Assembly: GCA_009777355.1 (NCBI GenBank)
Contig: WRMA01000003.1
Location: forward strand, 1-54,492
DNA from: Oscillospiraceae bacterium
GTDB taxonomy: Bacteria > Bacillota > Clostridia > Oscillospirales > WRJC01
Direction: 5' to 3'
Length of the DNA: 54,492 nt
Position 1 is the stretch's first letter; each line of letters begins with the position of its first letter. Made by a program: the position numbers and the translations under genes. The notes under the pieces were generated by a model. That model did no database searches and had not been told where the DNA came from. It saw only the letters and a list, made by a program, of their open reading frames with translations. Below are positions 18,736 to 29,876 of the stretch, piece by piece.

Positions 18736-20535
18736 CTAAATCGCCTTACTGTTCACCTCTTCTAAAACATCCCTGATAAAATCGTCGGCTGCGACAGCCC
18801 CGAGTTCGCCTTTTTTGCGCGACCTCACAGAAACCGTATTATTTTCCAGTTCTTTATCCCCGACTATAAGCATATACGGGATTTTTTCGCTTTGAGCCTC
18901 CCTGATTTTATAGCCGATTTTCTCGTTTCTGTCGTCCACTTCTACCCTCAGACCCAAACCCCGCATCTTTTTATTCAAATCATACGCATAGTCATGCTGA
19001 TTACTGCCAATCGGCAGTATTTTTATTTGAACGGGCGCGAGCCACGCGGGGAACGCTCCGGCATATTTCTCGATTAATAACGCGAGCGTTCTCTCGTAAC
19101 AGCCGATTGAACTCCTGTGAATCACATACGGATTTTTCTTCGTTCCGTCCGAATCGACGTATTCCATACCGAATTTCGACGCAAGCTGAAAATCTATCTG
19201 AAGCGTAATCAGGGTATCTTCTTTTCCGTGGACGTTTTTGATTTGCAAATCGAGTTTCGGCCCGTAAAACGCGGCTTCTCCGTCCGCTTCGTAATAATCG
19301 AGCTTTAAATCGTCCAGTATAACCCTCATTCTGTCCTGTACCCTCTCCCATTCGTCCGAATCGCCGATATATTTATCTTTATTATTCGCGTCCCATTTGG
19401 AAAATCTGTAGCTTATATCCTCTTCAAGTCCTAGGGTCGTAAGCATAAATCTCGCCAAATCCAGACAGCCGGCAAACTCTTCCTCAAGCTGGTCGTCGCG
19501 GCAGGCGATATGACCCTCCGACAGGGTAAACTGCCTGACCCTTATAAGTCCGTGCATTTCCCCAGACGCTTCATTCCTGAAAAGATAGGAAGTTTCGTTG
19601 AATCTCATAGGCAAATCCCTGTAACTGCGCATTTTAGCCAGATAATACTGAAACTGGAACGGACAAGTCATAGGACGCAGAGCTAACGCTTCTTTTTTCT
19701 CCTGAACGCCGGTATTCCCGCCGTCCGCGTCTATCGCGTCGCCTACGCTGAACATACCGTCTCTGTAATGCTCCCAGTGCCCCGAGATTTTATACAAATC
19801 GCTTTTAGCCATAAACGGGGTCTTCGTCAATAAATACCCTCTCTTTTCTTCTTCGTCCTCGACGAATCTCTGAAGAATCTGTAAAACTTTCGCGCCTTTC
19901 GGCATCATAATCGGCAGTCCCTGACCTATATAATCGACTGTCGTAAAAAGCTCAAGCTCCCTGCCGATTTTATTATGGTCTCTCCTCTTCGCTTCTTCCA
20001 GCCGTTCGAGATATTCGTCAAGCGCGGCTTTATTCGGGTAAGAAACCCCGTAAATCCTCGTCAGCATTTTATTTTTTTCGCTGCCTTTCCAGTACGCGCC
20101 CGTCGCGTTCAATAATTTAAACGCCTTAACCGAACTCGTATAGTCAAGATGGGGGCCCGCGCACAAATCGACAAAATCTCCCTGTTCATAAAAAGAAACC
20201 TCCTCGCCCTCGTCCAAATCCCCGATTAACTCTATTTTATAAACCTCGCCTTTCTCCCGCATTAATTTTACGGCTTCTTCTTTCGGGAGGACAAATCTCT
20301 TTAATTTTAAATTTTCTTTTATTATTTTCTTCATCTCGATTTCGATTTTTTCCAAATCTTCAGGCGAGAACGGTTTTTCAACGTCGAAATCGTAATAGAA
20401 CCCGTTATCTATCGCCGGACCGATTGCAAGTTTCGCGTCCGGATATAATCTTTTCACGGCCTGAGCGAGAATATGCGCCGAAGTATGCCGGAAGATTTTC
20501 CTGTCTTCGGGCAGTTCAAAATTAATCTTACTCAT
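18736..20535 (-). CDS. thrS: Threonine--tRNA ligase (lacks N-terminal TGS domain)
   Basis: RHTSAH, DLCAGPH, RDHNKIG, LRPMTCP, GLIRVRQF, AAFYGPKLD, VIHRS, EKIGYKIR. Confidence 0.97.
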   Translation of the reverse strand: MSKINFELPEDRKIFRHTSAHILAQAVKRLYPDAKLAIGPAIDNGFYYDFDVEKPFSPEDLEKIEIEMKKIIKENLKLKRFVLPKEEAVKLMREKGEVYKIELIGDLDEGEEVSFYEQGDFVDLCAGPHLDYTSSVKAFKLLNATGAYWKGSEKNKMLTRIYGVSYPNKAALDEYLERLEEAKRRDHNKIGRELELFTTVDYIGQGLPIMMPKGAKVLQILQRFVEDEEEKRGYLLTKTPFMAKSDLYKISGHWEHYRDGMFSVGDAIDADGGNTGVQEKKEALALRPMTCPFQFQYYLAKMRSYRDLPMRFNETSYLFRNEASGEMHGLIRVRQFTLSEGHIACRDDQLEEEFAGCLDLARFMLTTLGLEEDISYRFSKWDANNKDKYIGDSDEWERVQDRMRVILDDLKLDYYEADGEAAFYGPKLDLQIKNVHGKEDTLITLQIDFQLASKFGMEYVDSDGTKKNPYVIHRSSIGCYERTLALLIEKYAGAFPAWLAPVQIKILPIGSNQHDYAYDLNKKMRGLGLRVEVDDRNEKIGYKIREAQSEKIPYMLIVGDKELENNTVSVRSRKKGELGAVAADDFIRDVLEEVNSKAI

Positions 20536-20566
20536 AAATATATATACACTCCTGATTTTTTTAAAT

Positions 20567-20875
20567 TTATTTTTGATATATGGTCACGCCGATTCTGTCT
20601 ATATGCTCTTTGAGGTTTTTATTTTTTATGCAGTCGTACGCCGCGACGTCAAATTTATAAGGCGTAGGCAGAATATCGAGCTGTTCGTATACTCTATGGG
20701 CTTCGATGAAATCCAAACCGCCGAAAAGAGCAATATCTATATCCGAATATCTTCTGTAATTTCCTTTCGCCCTTGAACCGTATACAACGGCTTTTGAAAT
20801 TTTTTCGTTATAGCGCATGACTTTTATAATAGATTCCAGAACATTTTCCGGAAGTCCTATATTAATCGTTTCCAA
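20567..20875 (-). CDS. Minimal nucleotidyltransferase (MNT) antitoxin, HI0073-like
   Basis: GSX10DXD motif: GSRAKGNYRRYSDID; TTG start. Confidence 0.88.
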   Translation of the reverse strand: METINIGLPENVLESIIKVMRYNEKISKAVVYGSRAKGNYRRYSDIDIALFGGLDFIEAHRVYEQLDILPTPYKFDVAAYDCIKNKNLKEHIDRIGVTIYQK

Positions 20876-20880
20876 AATTA

Positions 20881-21315
20881 TTACTCCACAACTTTCGATA
20901 AAAAATAAAAATATATTTTGTCCAGTTCACGCGTGTAATCTCCAACAATATCCGCGGTTATTTTTTTAAACTTCTCATAATCGTAGCTATGCGCCATGAC
21001 GTTGCGCGCTTCAAGCATATCTATGAAAACCTGAGCGTCGGTTTCAGCGGCGTCGAAAATACCGGATTCCGCGCACTCTTTTATGACTTTACGCGGAGAG
21101 GCTTCAGTCAGCTTCAAACCCTCGTATTCCAGATAATCTTTAAGGGTTTTCCACGCCAGTTCAAACGTAAAAATAAATCTTCCGACTATTAATTCACACT
21201 CTTCATCTGAAAAATCTTCCGCAGACTTGCTTTCCGCAATCGAGCGCAGCAGGGAAAAAGCGCGCCCGAAATTCTGAAAACGCTGCTTCCAGCGAATATC
21301 TTCGTTTAAATCCAA
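20881..21315 (-). CDS. HEPN-domain protein (HI0074-like nucleotidyltransferase substrate-binding / toxin)
   Basis: DIRWKQRFQNF, FTFELAWKTLKDYLE, SPRKVIK, RX4HXY motif RNVMAHSY; start moved to TTG 21315 behind RBS GAGGGGGG. Confidence 0.85.
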   Translation of the reverse strand: MDLNEDIRWKQRFQNFGRAFSLLRSIAESKSAEDFSDEECELIVGRFIFTFELAWKTLKDYLEYEGLKLTEASPRKVIKECAESGIFDAAETDAQVFIDMLEARNVMAHSYDYEKFKKITADIVGDYTRELDKIYFYFLSKVVE

Positions 21316-21352
21316 CCCAATCAACCCCCCTCGTAAAAAACGGCGATACTGT

Positions 21353-21381
21353 ATTTTAACATTAAAAATAATTTTTGTCAA
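21353..21381 (-). promoter_or_regulatory. sigmaA promoter for HEPN-MNT-thrS(-TA)
   Basis: TTGACA-17-TAAAAT with extended TG. Confidence 0.65.
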
Positions 21382-21463
21382 CTTAATAAACCCTGTTTTT
21401 TTATAAAAATAAGCCTCTGAAAATAAAATTTATACGATTATTCTATATTTTTGCAATTATCTC

Positions 21464-21493
21464 TTGACATTATGTATCGTTGTGTGGTAGAAT
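21464..21493 (+). promoter_or_regulatory. sigmaA promoter of the str operon
   Basis: TTGACA-18-TAGAAT with extended TG. Confidence 0.55.
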
Positions 21494-21547
21494 ATCAGGG
21501 CGTATTGTTATTTTTGCATTATATAATTGAGGAAAATTAATATTTTT

Positions 21548-21799
21548 ATGGATATAACCCGAATTTCAGACGCTGAAAAAGTCGTCGGTTTTAACCAGAC
21601 AAAAAAAGCCGTAATAAACGGCAGGGCCGAAAAAGTCTTCGCCGCCAACGACGCGGACGAACAGTTCCTTCTTCAAATAAGAAGGCTGTGCGAAGAAAAA
21701 CCCGTCGCGCTCGACGAGAGCATGACGATGGCGCAGCTCGGCTCGGCTTGCAGAATCGACGTCGGCTGCGCGGTGTGCGCGATTATCGCGCGCGCATGA
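21548..21799 (+). CDS. L7Ae/YbxF-like kink-turn RNA-binding protein
   Basis: VVGFNQTKKA, AANDAD, LGSACRIDVGCAVCA; canonical position before rpsL; ATG 21548 preferred over TTG 21527. Confidence 0.85.
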   Translation: MDITRISDAEKVVGFNQTKKAVINGRAEKVFAANDADEQFLLQIRRLCEEKPVALDESMTMAQLGSACRIDVGCAVCAIIARA

Positions 21800-21898
21800 C
21801 AGAAAAACACTTTTGAAACAACCTGAAATTTAAATCTTAAATTTCTGTTTGTATAAATTAAATTATCTATTATAAAAGAAAGAGAGGTGAAAAATTGC

Positions 21899-22321
21899 GT
21901 GCCGACTTTTAACCAGTTAGTAAGACGCGGAAGGGAAAAATCCGTTTTCAAGTCGAAGTCTCCCGTTCTTCAGAGGAGCGTGAATCTAAAGAAAAATATT
22001 ACGATAGATTTGCCTTCGCCGCAGAAAAGGGGCGTTTGCACGAAAGTGCAGACTAAAACTCCGAGGAAGCCGAACTCCGCCCTGCGCAAGGTCGCGAGGG
22101 TGAGGAGCGTAAACGGAATGGAGGTCTGGGGATATATCCCGGGAATAGGGCATAATCTGCAGGAGCACTCGGTCGTCCTTCTGAGAGGCGGAAGAGTCCG
22201 CGACCTGCCGGGGGTGCGTTACCATATCGTTAGGGGAACGCTCGACACACAGGGAGTCGCGAACCGTAAGCAGGGCCGTTCCAAATACGGCGCGAAGAGA
22301 GCGAAAGCCGCGGGCAGATAA
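21899..22321 (+). CDS. rpsL: 30S ribosomal protein S12
   Basis: [48 protein letters not shown]; GTG start behind GAGAGGTG. Confidence 0.98.
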   Translation: MPTFNQLVRRGREKSVFKSKSPVLQRSVNLKKNITIDLPSPQKRGVCTKVQTKTPRKPNSALRKVARVRSVNGMEVWGYIPGIGHNLQEHSVVLLRGGRVRDLPGVRYHIVRGTLDTQGVANRKQGRSKYGAKRAKAAGR

Positions 22322-22345
22322 AAGATTTCCAAAACAGAATAATTG

Positions 22346-22460
22346 GCGCGCTGAATAATTTAGTTTATATAAGCAGTAATTATACGGACGCCGAACGGCC
22401 GCGGAGATTTCATTTAATAAATCTTATATAAATCTGCCGCGCCGAAGTACCAATGAATTC
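22346..22460 (+). promoter_or_regulatory. Putative structured rpsL-rpsG intercistronic leader (S7 autoregulation)
   Basis: Long spacer with GGCGCG...GCGCC pairing and internal hairpins ending GAAGTACCAATGAA; role inferred from position. Confidence 0.4.
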
Positions 22461-22488
22461 AAAAATATTTGTGAAGGAGGGAAGAAGT

Positions 22489-22959
22489 GTGCCGAGAAGA
22501 GGTAATGTTCCTAAAAGAGACGTTTTGCCGGACCCGTTATATAATTCGAAATTAGTTACCAAGCTGATAAATAATATAATGCTCGACGGCAAAAAAGGCA
22601 TAGCGCAGACTATCGTTTACGACGCTTTTAAAACGGTCGAGTCGAAATCCGGGAAAAACCCGCTTGAAGCGTTCCAGAGCGCGCTCGATAATATAATGCC
22701 GTCTCTCGAAGTTAAGGCGAGAAGAATGGGCGGTTCGACTTATCAGGTTCCTATGGAAGTGCGCAACGAGAGAAGACAGACCCTCGGGCTGCGCTGGATA
22801 ACGGCGTTCTCGAGAGCGAGAGGCGAGAAGAAAATGAGCGACAGGCTCGCGGGGGAGATACTCGACGCGATTAACAACGCGGGAGCGTCCGTGAAGAGAC
22901 GGGACGATATGCACAGAATGGCGGAGGCCAACAGGGCTTTCGCGCACTACAGATGGTGA
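22489..22959 (+). CDS. rpsG: 30S ribosomal protein S7
   Basis: [37 protein letters not shown]; GTG start behind AAGGAGG. Confidence 0.98.
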   Translation: MPRRGNVPKRDVLPDPLYNSKLVTKLINNIMLDGKKGIAQTIVYDAFKTVESKSGKNPLEAFQSALDNIMPSLEVKARRMGGSTYQVPMEVRNERRQTLGLRWITAFSRARGEKKMSDRLAGEILDAINNAGASVKRRDDMHRMAEANRAFAHYRW

Positions 22960-23017
22960 TTTATCAGGGCGCGCAGCGCGCGTCCGCAGCAGAAAGAGAA
23001 AGAGAGAAGATTTTTTC

Positions 23018-25084
23018 ATGCCACGAGAATACAGCTTGGAAAATACCCGCAATATAGGTATAATGGCTCATATTGACGCCGGTAAGACCACTACGAGCGA
23101 GCGTATTTTATATTACACGGGAAAAACGCACAGGGTCGGCGAGGTTCACGACGGCGCGGCCACGATGGACTGGATGGAGCTTGAACAGGAGAGGGGCATA
23201 ACGATAACGTCGGCCGCCACTACCTGTTTCTGGAAAGATAACAGAATAAATATAATAGACACGCCGGGGCACGTTGATTTCACGGTCGAGGTCGAAAGGT
23301 CTCTGCGGGTTCTTGACGGAGCCGTGACCGTTTTCTGCGCTAAGGGCGGCGTCGAGCCTCAGTCCGAGACCGTCTGGAGACAGGCGGACAGATACGGGGT
23401 TCCCCGGATGGCCTATGTGAACAAGATGGATATAACGGGAGCGAATTTTTTCCGGGTTGTTTCTATGATGAAGGACCGGCTCAAAGCGAACGCCGTGCCG
23501 ATTCAAATCCCGGTAGGTTCGGAAGAAAATTTCAGGGGAATAATAGATATCGTCGAGATGAAGTCCTATATTTACGAAGACGAGATGGGCGTTAATATCA
23601 CGGTCGGGGAGATTCCGGAGGATTATATCGACAAGGCCCTCGAATACAGGGCGTCGATGGTCGAAGCGATCGCGGACGCGACTGAAGAGATTCTCGAAAA
23701 ATATCTTGAAGGAAACGAGCTGACCGAAGAAGAAATCAAGAGCGCGATAAGGCTGAACTCTATTTCCGGTAAAATAGTGCCGGTGGTGTGCGGAACGTCC
23801 TATAAAAACAAGGGCGTTCAGAAGCTTCTGGACGCGATTATAGACTATATGCCCTCGCCGGTCGATATTCCGGACGTTACGGGAATAAATCCCAGAAACG
23901 AAAAAGAAGAAACGAGAAAGACCTCGGATTCCGAATCTTTCGCCGCTCTCGCGTTTAAAATCGCGACGGACGAGTTCTTCGGCAGGCTGTGCTTTATAAG
24001 GGTATACTCGGGGACTATTAAGACCGGAGCGACTGTCTATAACGCGACGAAAGGCGAGAGGGAGCGTCTGGGAAGGCTGGTTCTGATGCACTCTAACCAC
24101 AGGCAGGACGTCGACCAGATTTACGCCGGGGATATCGCCGCAATCGCGGGAGTGAAGCACACGACGACGGGAGATACCCTGTGTATCGAAAATTCGCAGA
24201 TCGTTCTGGAGTCCATGGACTTTCCCGAACCGGTCATAAGAATCTCGATAGAGCCCAAAACTAAAGACGGCGAGAATAAAATGGGCATAGCCCTCGCGAA
24301 ACTCGCCGAGGAAGACCCGACGTTTAAAAGCTATACCGATAAAGACACGGGGCAGACGATTATCGCCGGAATGGGCGAGCTGCACCTCGAGATTATAGTC
24401 GGCAGGCTGCTGCGCGAGTTCAAAGTCGAGGCGAATATCGGAAAACCCCACGTGTCGTATAAAGAAACGGTGAAAAAGAGCGCGACGTCCGATATGAAAT
24501 ACGCGAGGCAGACGGGCGGCAGAGGTCAGTACGCCCACGTTAAGATTATGCTTGAACCTAACGAACCGGGGAAAGGCTACGAGTTTATAAACAAAATCGT
24601 CGGGGGAGTCGTTCCCAAAGAGTATATTCCGGCGGTAGACGCGGGAATACAGGGAGCGATGGACGCGGGGGTTTTAGCGGGATACAACGTCGTGGACGTA
24701 AAGGTAACGCTTCTCGACGGGTCTTACCACGAAGTCGATTCGAGCGACCTTGCGTTCAAAATCGCGGGGTCTATGGCGTTTAAAGAAGCGATGGGCAAGG
24801 CTATGCCGGTTCTCACCGAACCCGTGATGAAAGTCGCGGTGACGGTTCCCGACGATTACGTCGGCGACGTTCTGGGGGATTTGTCTTTAAGGCGCAGTTC
24901 CATACAGGGACTGGAAGCGGCGTCCGGCGCGCAGCAGGTCAACGCGACCGTGCCCCTCGCCGAGATGTTCGGCTATGTAAACGACCTGCGTTCGAGAACC
25001 CAGGGAAGAGGAACTTATACTATGGAGCCGAGCCATTACGAAGAAGTTCCGAATAATATCCAGGAAAAGCTCATAAACAAATAA
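23018..25084 (+). CDS. fusA: Elongation factor G
   Basis: [38 protein letters not shown]. Confidence 0.99.
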   Translation: MPREYSLENTRNIGIMAHIDAGKTTTSERILYYTGKTHRVGEVHDGAATMDWMELEQERGITITSAATTCFWKDNRINIIDTPGHVDFTVEVERSLRVLDGAVTVFCAKGGVEPQSETVWRQADRYGVPRMAYVNKMDITGANFFRVVSMMKDRLKANAVPIQIPVGSEENFRGIIDIVEMKSYIYEDEMGVNITVGEIPEDYIDKALEYRASMVEAIADATEEILEKYLEGNELTEEEIKSAIRLNSISGKIVPVVCGTSYKNKGVQKLLDAIIDYMPSPVDIPDVTGINPRNEKEETRKTSDSESFAALAFKIATDEFFGRLCFIRVYSGTIKTGATVYNATKGERERLGRLVLMHSNHRQDVDQIYAGDIAAIAGVKHTTTGDTLCIENSQIVLESMDFPEPVIRISIEPKTKDGENKMGIALAKLAEEDPTFKSYTDKDTGQTIIAGMGELHLEIIVGRLLREFKVEANIGKPHVSYKETVKKSATSDMKYARQTGGRGQYAHVKIMLEPNEPGKGYEFINKIVGGVVPKEYIPAVDAGIQGAMDAGVLAGYNVVDVKVTLLDGSYHEVDSSDLAFKIAGSMAFKEAMGKAMPVLTEPVMKVAVTVPDDYVGDVLGDLSLRRSSIQGLEAASGAQQVNATVPLAEMFGYVNDLRSRTQGRGTYTMEPSHYEEVPNNIQEKLINK

Positions 25085-25106
25085 TAGTTAATAAAAATTA
25101 AAAAAT

Positions 25107-25196
25107 TGTAGGGAACGGATTTATCCGTTCCGCAACGCAGATAAATATAATTTATAATTTCTTGTTTTCACGGAACGCATAAATGCGTTCCCTACA
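25107..25196. repeat. GTAG REP doublet (family A2) between fusA and tuf
   Basis: GTAGGGAACGGATTTATCCGTTCC...GGAACGCATAAATGCGTTCCCTAC; reverse-complement relative of 17997-18074. Confidence 0.8.
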
Positions 25197-25293
25197 GGCA
25201 AAAATCCAACCCGTTGTTCGCATTAATAATTAAAATAATTAAAATAATATTTAAAGCTTAAATTTAAATAGTTTAAAGGAGGAAAACTTTAAC

Positions 25294-26499
25294 ATGGCAA
25301 AAGCTAAATTTGAAAGAACCAAGCCCCACGTAAATATAGGAACCGTAGGTCACGTCGACCACGGTAAGACCACGCTTACGGCGGCAATCACCAAGACACT
25401 GGCTATGGCTGACGGCATAAACGAATTTATGAGATACGACCAAATCGACAACGCTCCCGAGGAAAAAGCGAGAGGTATTACAATCAACACGAGACACGTA
25501 GAGTATCAGACCGAGAACAGACACTACGCGCACGTCGACTGTCCCGGGCACGCGGACTATATCAAGAACATGATTACCGGCGCGGCCCAGATGGACGGGG
25601 CGATACTCGTCGTCGGAGGAGACGACGGGCCGATGCAGCAGACGAGGGAGCATATACTTCTCGCCCGTCAGGTGGGAGTTCCCTCGATAGTCGTGTTTAT
25701 CAACAAGGCCGACTTAGTCGACGACGAAGAGCTTCTTGACCTGGTCGAAATGGAAATAAGGGATTTATTGAATCAATACGATTTCCCCGGCGACGACACG
25801 CCTATAGTGAGAGGTTCCGCGAGAAACGCTCTCGAAAGCGCGTCGACCGACACGAGCTCTCCCGAGTATAAGTGCGTGCTTGATTTGATGGCCGCGGTGG
25901 ACGCTTTTGTCCCGACTCCCGACAGAGCCGCGGACCTGCCGTTCCTGATGCCTGTCGAGGACGTGTTCTCGATTACGGGAAGAGGAACGGTCGCGACGGG
26001 AAGAGTCGAGAGGGGAACTCTCAAACTCAACGAAGAAATCGAAATCGTCGGGCTTATGGACCAGCCGAGAAAGACAGTCGCTACGGGAATCGAAATGTTC
26101 AGGAAACTTCTCGATTCGACGACCGCGGGAGACAACACGGGTATCCTGCTCAGAGGCGTGAACAAAACCGATATAGAAAGAGGTCAGGTTCTCGCTAAAC
26201 CGGGTACTATCAAGCCTCACAAAAATTTCAAAGGTCAGGTCTATGTTTTAACCGAAAAAGAAGGCGGACGTAAGAAACCGTTCTTTAATAACTACAGACC
26301 GCAGTTCTATTTCAGGACGACCGACGTTACGGGTATAATCACTCTGCCGGAAGACGTCGAAATGTGCAACCCGGGCGACAACGTCGTTATGAGCGTAAGC
26401 TTGATTACGCCGATAGCAATCGAAAAAGGACTGAGATTCGCTATAAGAGAAGGCGGAAGAACGGTAGGTTCGGGCGTCGTCGTTGAAATCGACGAGTAA
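25294..26499 (+). CDS. tuf: Elongation factor Tu
   Basis: [38 protein letters not shown]. Confidence 0.99.
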   Translation: MAKAKFERTKPHVNIGTVGHVDHGKTTLTAAITKTLAMADGINEFMRYDQIDNAPEEKARGITINTRHVEYQTENRHYAHVDCPGHADYIKNMITGAAQMDGAILVVGGDDGPMQQTREHILLARQVGVPSIVVFINKADLVDDEELLDLVEMEIRDLLNQYDFPGDDTPIVRGSARNALESASTDTSSPEYKCVLDLMAAVDAFVPTPDRAADLPFLMPVEDVFSITGRGTVATGRVERGTLKLNEEIEIVGLMDQPRKTVATGIEMFRKLLDSTTAGDNTGILLRGVNKTDIERGQVLAKPGTIKPHKNFKGQVYVLTEKEGGRKKPFFNNYRPQFYFRTTDVTGIITLPEDVEMCNPGDNVVMSVSLITPIAIEKGLRFAIREGGRTVGSGVVVEIDE

Positions 26500-26500
26500 T

Positions 26501-26544
26501 CTTACTTTTCTTTTTATGAAAAAAGAAAAGTAAGCAAAAGAAAA
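26501..26544. repeat. Family-C AT-rich palindrome
   Basis: CTTACTTTTCTTTTT-atga-AAAAAGAAAAGTAAG-CAAAAGAAAA; also at 32401-32443 and 51262-51306. Confidence 0.7.
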
Positions 26545-26555
26545 AAGTAAAATTA

Positions 26556-26590
26556 AAGATTACCCGGTTGAAATAAATCGGGTAATTTTT
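26556..26590 (+). terminator. Rho-independent terminator of the str operon
   Basis: GATTACCCGGTT-gaaata-AATCGGGTAATT followed by T run. Confidence 0.7.
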
Positions 26591-26606
26591 GCTTGGGTGA
26601 ATTTTT

Positions 26607-27335
26607 ATGATAAGAAATATATTTTTGGACGCGGGCTATACCCTTGTTTATCCGAAGGCTCACTCCTGGTTCTATCCTACGGATTTTTTTGATTACTGCC
26701 CTCAAGATTTATTTTTAGAAATAGAAAAAAGCGAAAAATATAAAGAATTATATCTTGAAGGCTATAAGTTTCTTGACGAAAATCATTTGCTGAAAGACGA
26801 AAACGACGAATGTGAAGTCTTTGCCGGTTTCTATAAAATTATTCTAACGGCTTTTCCCGAGCTTGAAATCGGCGAAGATAAAATTAAAAAAATAGCGGAG
26901 AGTATCGTTTTTAACTATGATAAGTTTAATTTATACGGCGACGTGAAAATTATGCTTGACAAATGGAAAAGCGATGATTATAAGCTTGGGATAATATCGG
27001 ACACCTGGCCGTCTCTTGTCGGCTGCTTTAAAAATCTCGGGATTTATGATTATTTCGACGTATTTGTGATGTCGTGCGATTACGGGGTCTGGAAGCCTCA
27101 CGAAAAAATGTATCTTTCGGCTCTCGGGCCGTTAAACGCAAGGGGCGAAGAATCTGTTTTTATAGACGATTATATAGAAAATCTCGACGGGGCGTCGAAA
27201 TTTTCTATAAACCCCGTTCAAATCGCGAGAAAAGGCAATAGTTTTTCCGGAGAGTTTAATAAATCAAAAGAGGAAAAGTACCCGAAATTTGAAAATCTTC
27301 CGGAAATTGACGGATATATATCGAATATTTCGTAA
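26607..27335 (+). CDS. HAD-superfamily hydrolase
   Basis: Motif I FLDAGYTL, motif II IISDT, motif III KP, motif IV FIDDYIENL. Confidence 0.85.
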   Translation: MIRNIFLDAGYTLVYPKAHSWFYPTDFFDYCPQDLFLEIEKSEKYKELYLEGYKFLDENHLLKDENDECEVFAGFYKIILTAFPELEIGEDKIKKIAESIVFNYDKFNLYGDVKIMLDKWKSDDYKLGIISDTWPSLVGCFKNLGIYDYFDVFVMSCDYGVWKPHEKMYLSALGPLNARGEESVFIDDYIENLDGASKFSINPVQIARKGNSFSGEFNKSKEEKYPKFENLPEIDGYISNIS

Positions 27336-27357
27336 AAATATAAATAAATTCAAAATT

Positions 27358-27375
27358 TTGTTACAATTTTAACGA
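27358..27375. promoter_or_regulatory. Candidate Rex-like operator upstream of pgk
   Basis: TTGTTACAATTTTAACGA versus clostridial Rex consensus TTGTTAA-N4-TTAACAA (2 mismatches). Confidence 0.35.
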
Positions 27376-27453
27376 AAATTGCGTGTATAATATAATAGTT
27401 GTTAATAATCTAAACATAACTAATAAAATTAAAATACGAGGTGTATAAAAAAA

Positions 27454-28644
27454 ATGCAGGCGCTGAATAAAAAAACAATAGAAGACATAAACGCGCGGGG
27501 GAAAAAAGTTTTGGTACGCTGCGATTTCAACGTGCCGATAAGCGGCGGTAAAATCGACGACGTAAAGAGAATCGCCGAATCGCTCCCGACAATCAAATAT
27601 CTTGCGGGAGAAGGAGCGAGGGTTATACTGTGCTCTCATCTGGGACGTCCTAAGGGCAGGTTCGACCCGAAATTTTCGCTTAAAATAGTCGCGGAGAAGC
27701 TCGCGGAGCTTCTGGGTCAAACCGTCGCGATGGCTTCGGACGTTATCGGCGAGGACGCGAAGGCGAAGGCTTCGGCCCTTAAAGACGGGGAAATCATGCT
27801 TCTCGAAAACGTGAGATTTCACGACGAGGAAGAAAAGAACGACCCCGAGTTTTCAAAGTCGCTGGCTTCGCTCGCGGAAATTTACGTAAACGACGCTTTC
27901 GGCACGGCGCACAGGGCGCACAGCTCGACTGCGGGAGTCGCGGCTTATCTGCCGGCAGTCGCGGGGTATTTAATAAATAAAGAGATTTCAGTTATGGGCG
28001 GCGCGCTTTCAGAACCGAAAAAGCCGTTCGTCGCAATACTCGGCGGAGCGAAGGTGTCCGATAAAATCGGAGTAATAAATAATCTTTTGGGTAAAGTGGA
28101 CGCTCTGCTTATCGGCGGCGCGATGACCTATACTTTCGTCAAGGCGAACGGAGGTCAGATAGGCTACTCCCTCTGCGAAAACGATAAGTTATATACCGCG
28201 AGGGAAATCGTCGAAAAAGCAAAGGAAGCGAACGTCAGGCTGCTTCTTCCAATCGACCATTTAGCCGCGGACGCTTTCAAAAACGACGCGAACCAAAAAG
28301 AATGTTTCGGCGCGTGCATACCGGACGGATGGCAGGGTATGGACATAGGACCCGAAACGGTTAATTTATATTCGGGCGTCATAAAAGAAGCCGCGACTAT
28401 AATCTGGAACGGGCCTATGGGGGTTTTCGAGTTTGACAATTTCGCGAACGGAACAAAAGAAATCGCCAGGGCGATTTCGGAGAGCGGCGCGGTTTCGATT
28501 ATCGGCGGCGGCGATTCTGCGGCGGCTGTGGAAAAAATGGGATACGCGGACAAAGTCACGCATATATCGACCGGCGGCGGAGCGGCCCTCGAGTTTCTAG
28601 AAGGTTTGGAACTTCCCGGTATCGCGTGTTTAAACGACAGATAA
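27454..28644 (+). CDS. pgk: Phosphoglycerate kinase
   Basis: [55 protein letters not shown]. Confidence 0.99.
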   Translation: MQALNKKTIEDINARGKKVLVRCDFNVPISGGKIDDVKRIAESLPTIKYLAGEGARVILCSHLGRPKGRFDPKFSLKIVAEKLAELLGQTVAMASDVIGEDAKAKASALKDGEIMLLENVRFHDEEEKNDPEFSKSLASLAEIYVNDAFGTAHRAHSSTAGVAAYLPAVAGYLINKEISVMGGALSEPKKPFVAILGGAKVSDKIGVINNLLGKVDALLIGGAMTYTFVKANGGQIGYSLCENDKLYTAREIVEKAKEANVRLLLPIDHLAADAFKNDANQKECFGACIPDGWQGMDIGPETVNLYSGVIKEAATIIWNGPMGVFEFDNFANGTKEIARAISESGAVSIIGGGDSAAAVEKMGYADKVTHISTGGGAALEFLEGLELPGIACLNDR

Positions 28645-28652
28645 TTTAAGAT

Positions 28653-29876
28653 TTATATTTTGGCCAGCAGACAGACCGAGTGGGCGGCTATGCCGGTTTT
28701 GTTGCCGGTAAAACCGAGGCGCTCTTCTGTTTTCGCCTTGATATTTATATCAGACTCCGGGATTTTCAGAACCCCGCTTAAATTTCTGCGTATCGCGGCT
28801 TTATAGTCTGATAGTTTCGGCTCCTGTAAAACAACGGTACAGTCGATATTTGAAATCGTATAATTATAGTCTTTCTGTATAAGCTCCGAGATTTGTTTTA
28901 ATAAAACTTCGGAGCTTATATTTTTATACTTATCGAGATTATCGGGGAAAAATTCGCCTATATCCCCGAGTCCGGCCGCTCCAAGAAGCGAATCTATAAC
29001 CGCGTGAATTAAAACGTCCGCGTCCGAATGTCCAATCAGACCGATATTATTATTGGGGATTTCGATTCCTCCCAGTATTAATTTGCGGTTTTCAGAAAGC
29101 CGGTGAACGTCGTATCCGTGACCTGTTCTATATTTAATATATTTATCCTGATTTAAAAATTCCAAGTCCTGCCTGTCCGTTATTTTTATATTATATCTCG
29201 ACGTTTCGACGATATTAACTATATGCCCGGAATTTTCGACTATTGCGCAGTCGTCGGTTATATTACTAATATTATCTTCTATGCATTTATTTAAAGCGTT
29301 TATATATAGATTTTTTCCGAAAATCTGCGGCGTTTGAACAGAGTATAATAAATTTCTGTCGGCCGTTCCGGTTATATTATTACGGGAATCTGCAAATTTA
29401 ATTGTGTCCGTTATTTTTGTTCCCGCAGTCGCCGCCCCCGTTTCAAAAGCTTTAAGCAAAACTTTTTCTATGTCTTGTTCTGAAATAAAGCATCTCGCGC
29501 CGTCGTGAACCGCGATAAAGTCTATATCTTCGCCGACTTTTTCAACCGCTTTCGCGACAGACTCGAGACGGGTTTCACCCCCGGGAATTATATTTTTGAC
29601 TTTCTTAAATTTATTTTTGTTTATAATCTCACGTATTTTTTCCGTGTCTTCGGGTCTTGACGCTATAATTATCTCGTTTATATAACCGCATAACTCAAAG
29701 ACCGTCAGAGTTTTTTCAATAACGGTCTTTTTGTTATTATTTTGATTCGTTTCTATTTCTATAAACTGCTTTGACTGCCCTGAATCGTCAAAGCCCATGC
29801 GCGAGCTTTTTCCCGCCGCCGCAATAATCGCGCAGACTTTATAATTATTATAATTATTCAGAGTCCGCATAATCAA
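28653..29876 (-). CDS. ispDF: Bifunctional IspD/IspF (MEP pathway)
   Basis: N-terminal AAAGKSSRMG, VHDGARC, VQTPQ, TDDC, KIT (IspD); C-terminal GHGYDVH, GHSDADV, GDIG, KAKTEE (IspF). Confidence 0.93.
   Translation of the reverse strand: MIMRTLNNYNNYKVCAIIAAAGKSSRMGFDDSGQSKQFIEIETNQNNNKKTVIEKTLTVFELCGYINEIIIASRPEDTEKIREIINKNKFKKVKNIIPGGETRLESVAKAVEKVGEDIDFIAVHDGARCFISEQDIEKVLLKAFETGAATAGTKITDTIKFADSRNNITGTADRNLLYSVQTPQIFGKNLYINALNKCIEDNISNITDDCAIVENSGHIVNIVETSRYNIKITDRQDLEFLNQDKYIKYRTGHGYDVHRLSENRKLILGGIEIPNNNIGLIGHSDADVLIHAVIDSLLGAAGLGDIGEFFPDNLDKYKNISSEVLLKQISELIQKDYNYTISNIDCTVVLQEPKLSDYKAAIRRNLSGVLKIPESDINIKAKTEERLGFTGNKTGIAAHSVCLLAKI

Noticed and set aside
23108-24538. 476-aa antisense ORF within fusA, and similar shadow ORFs opposite nth, tuf, pgk, gap, the SDR gene and others
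   Set aside because: Fully overlap well-conserved genes on the opposite strand, with no recognisable motifs; expected from codon bias.
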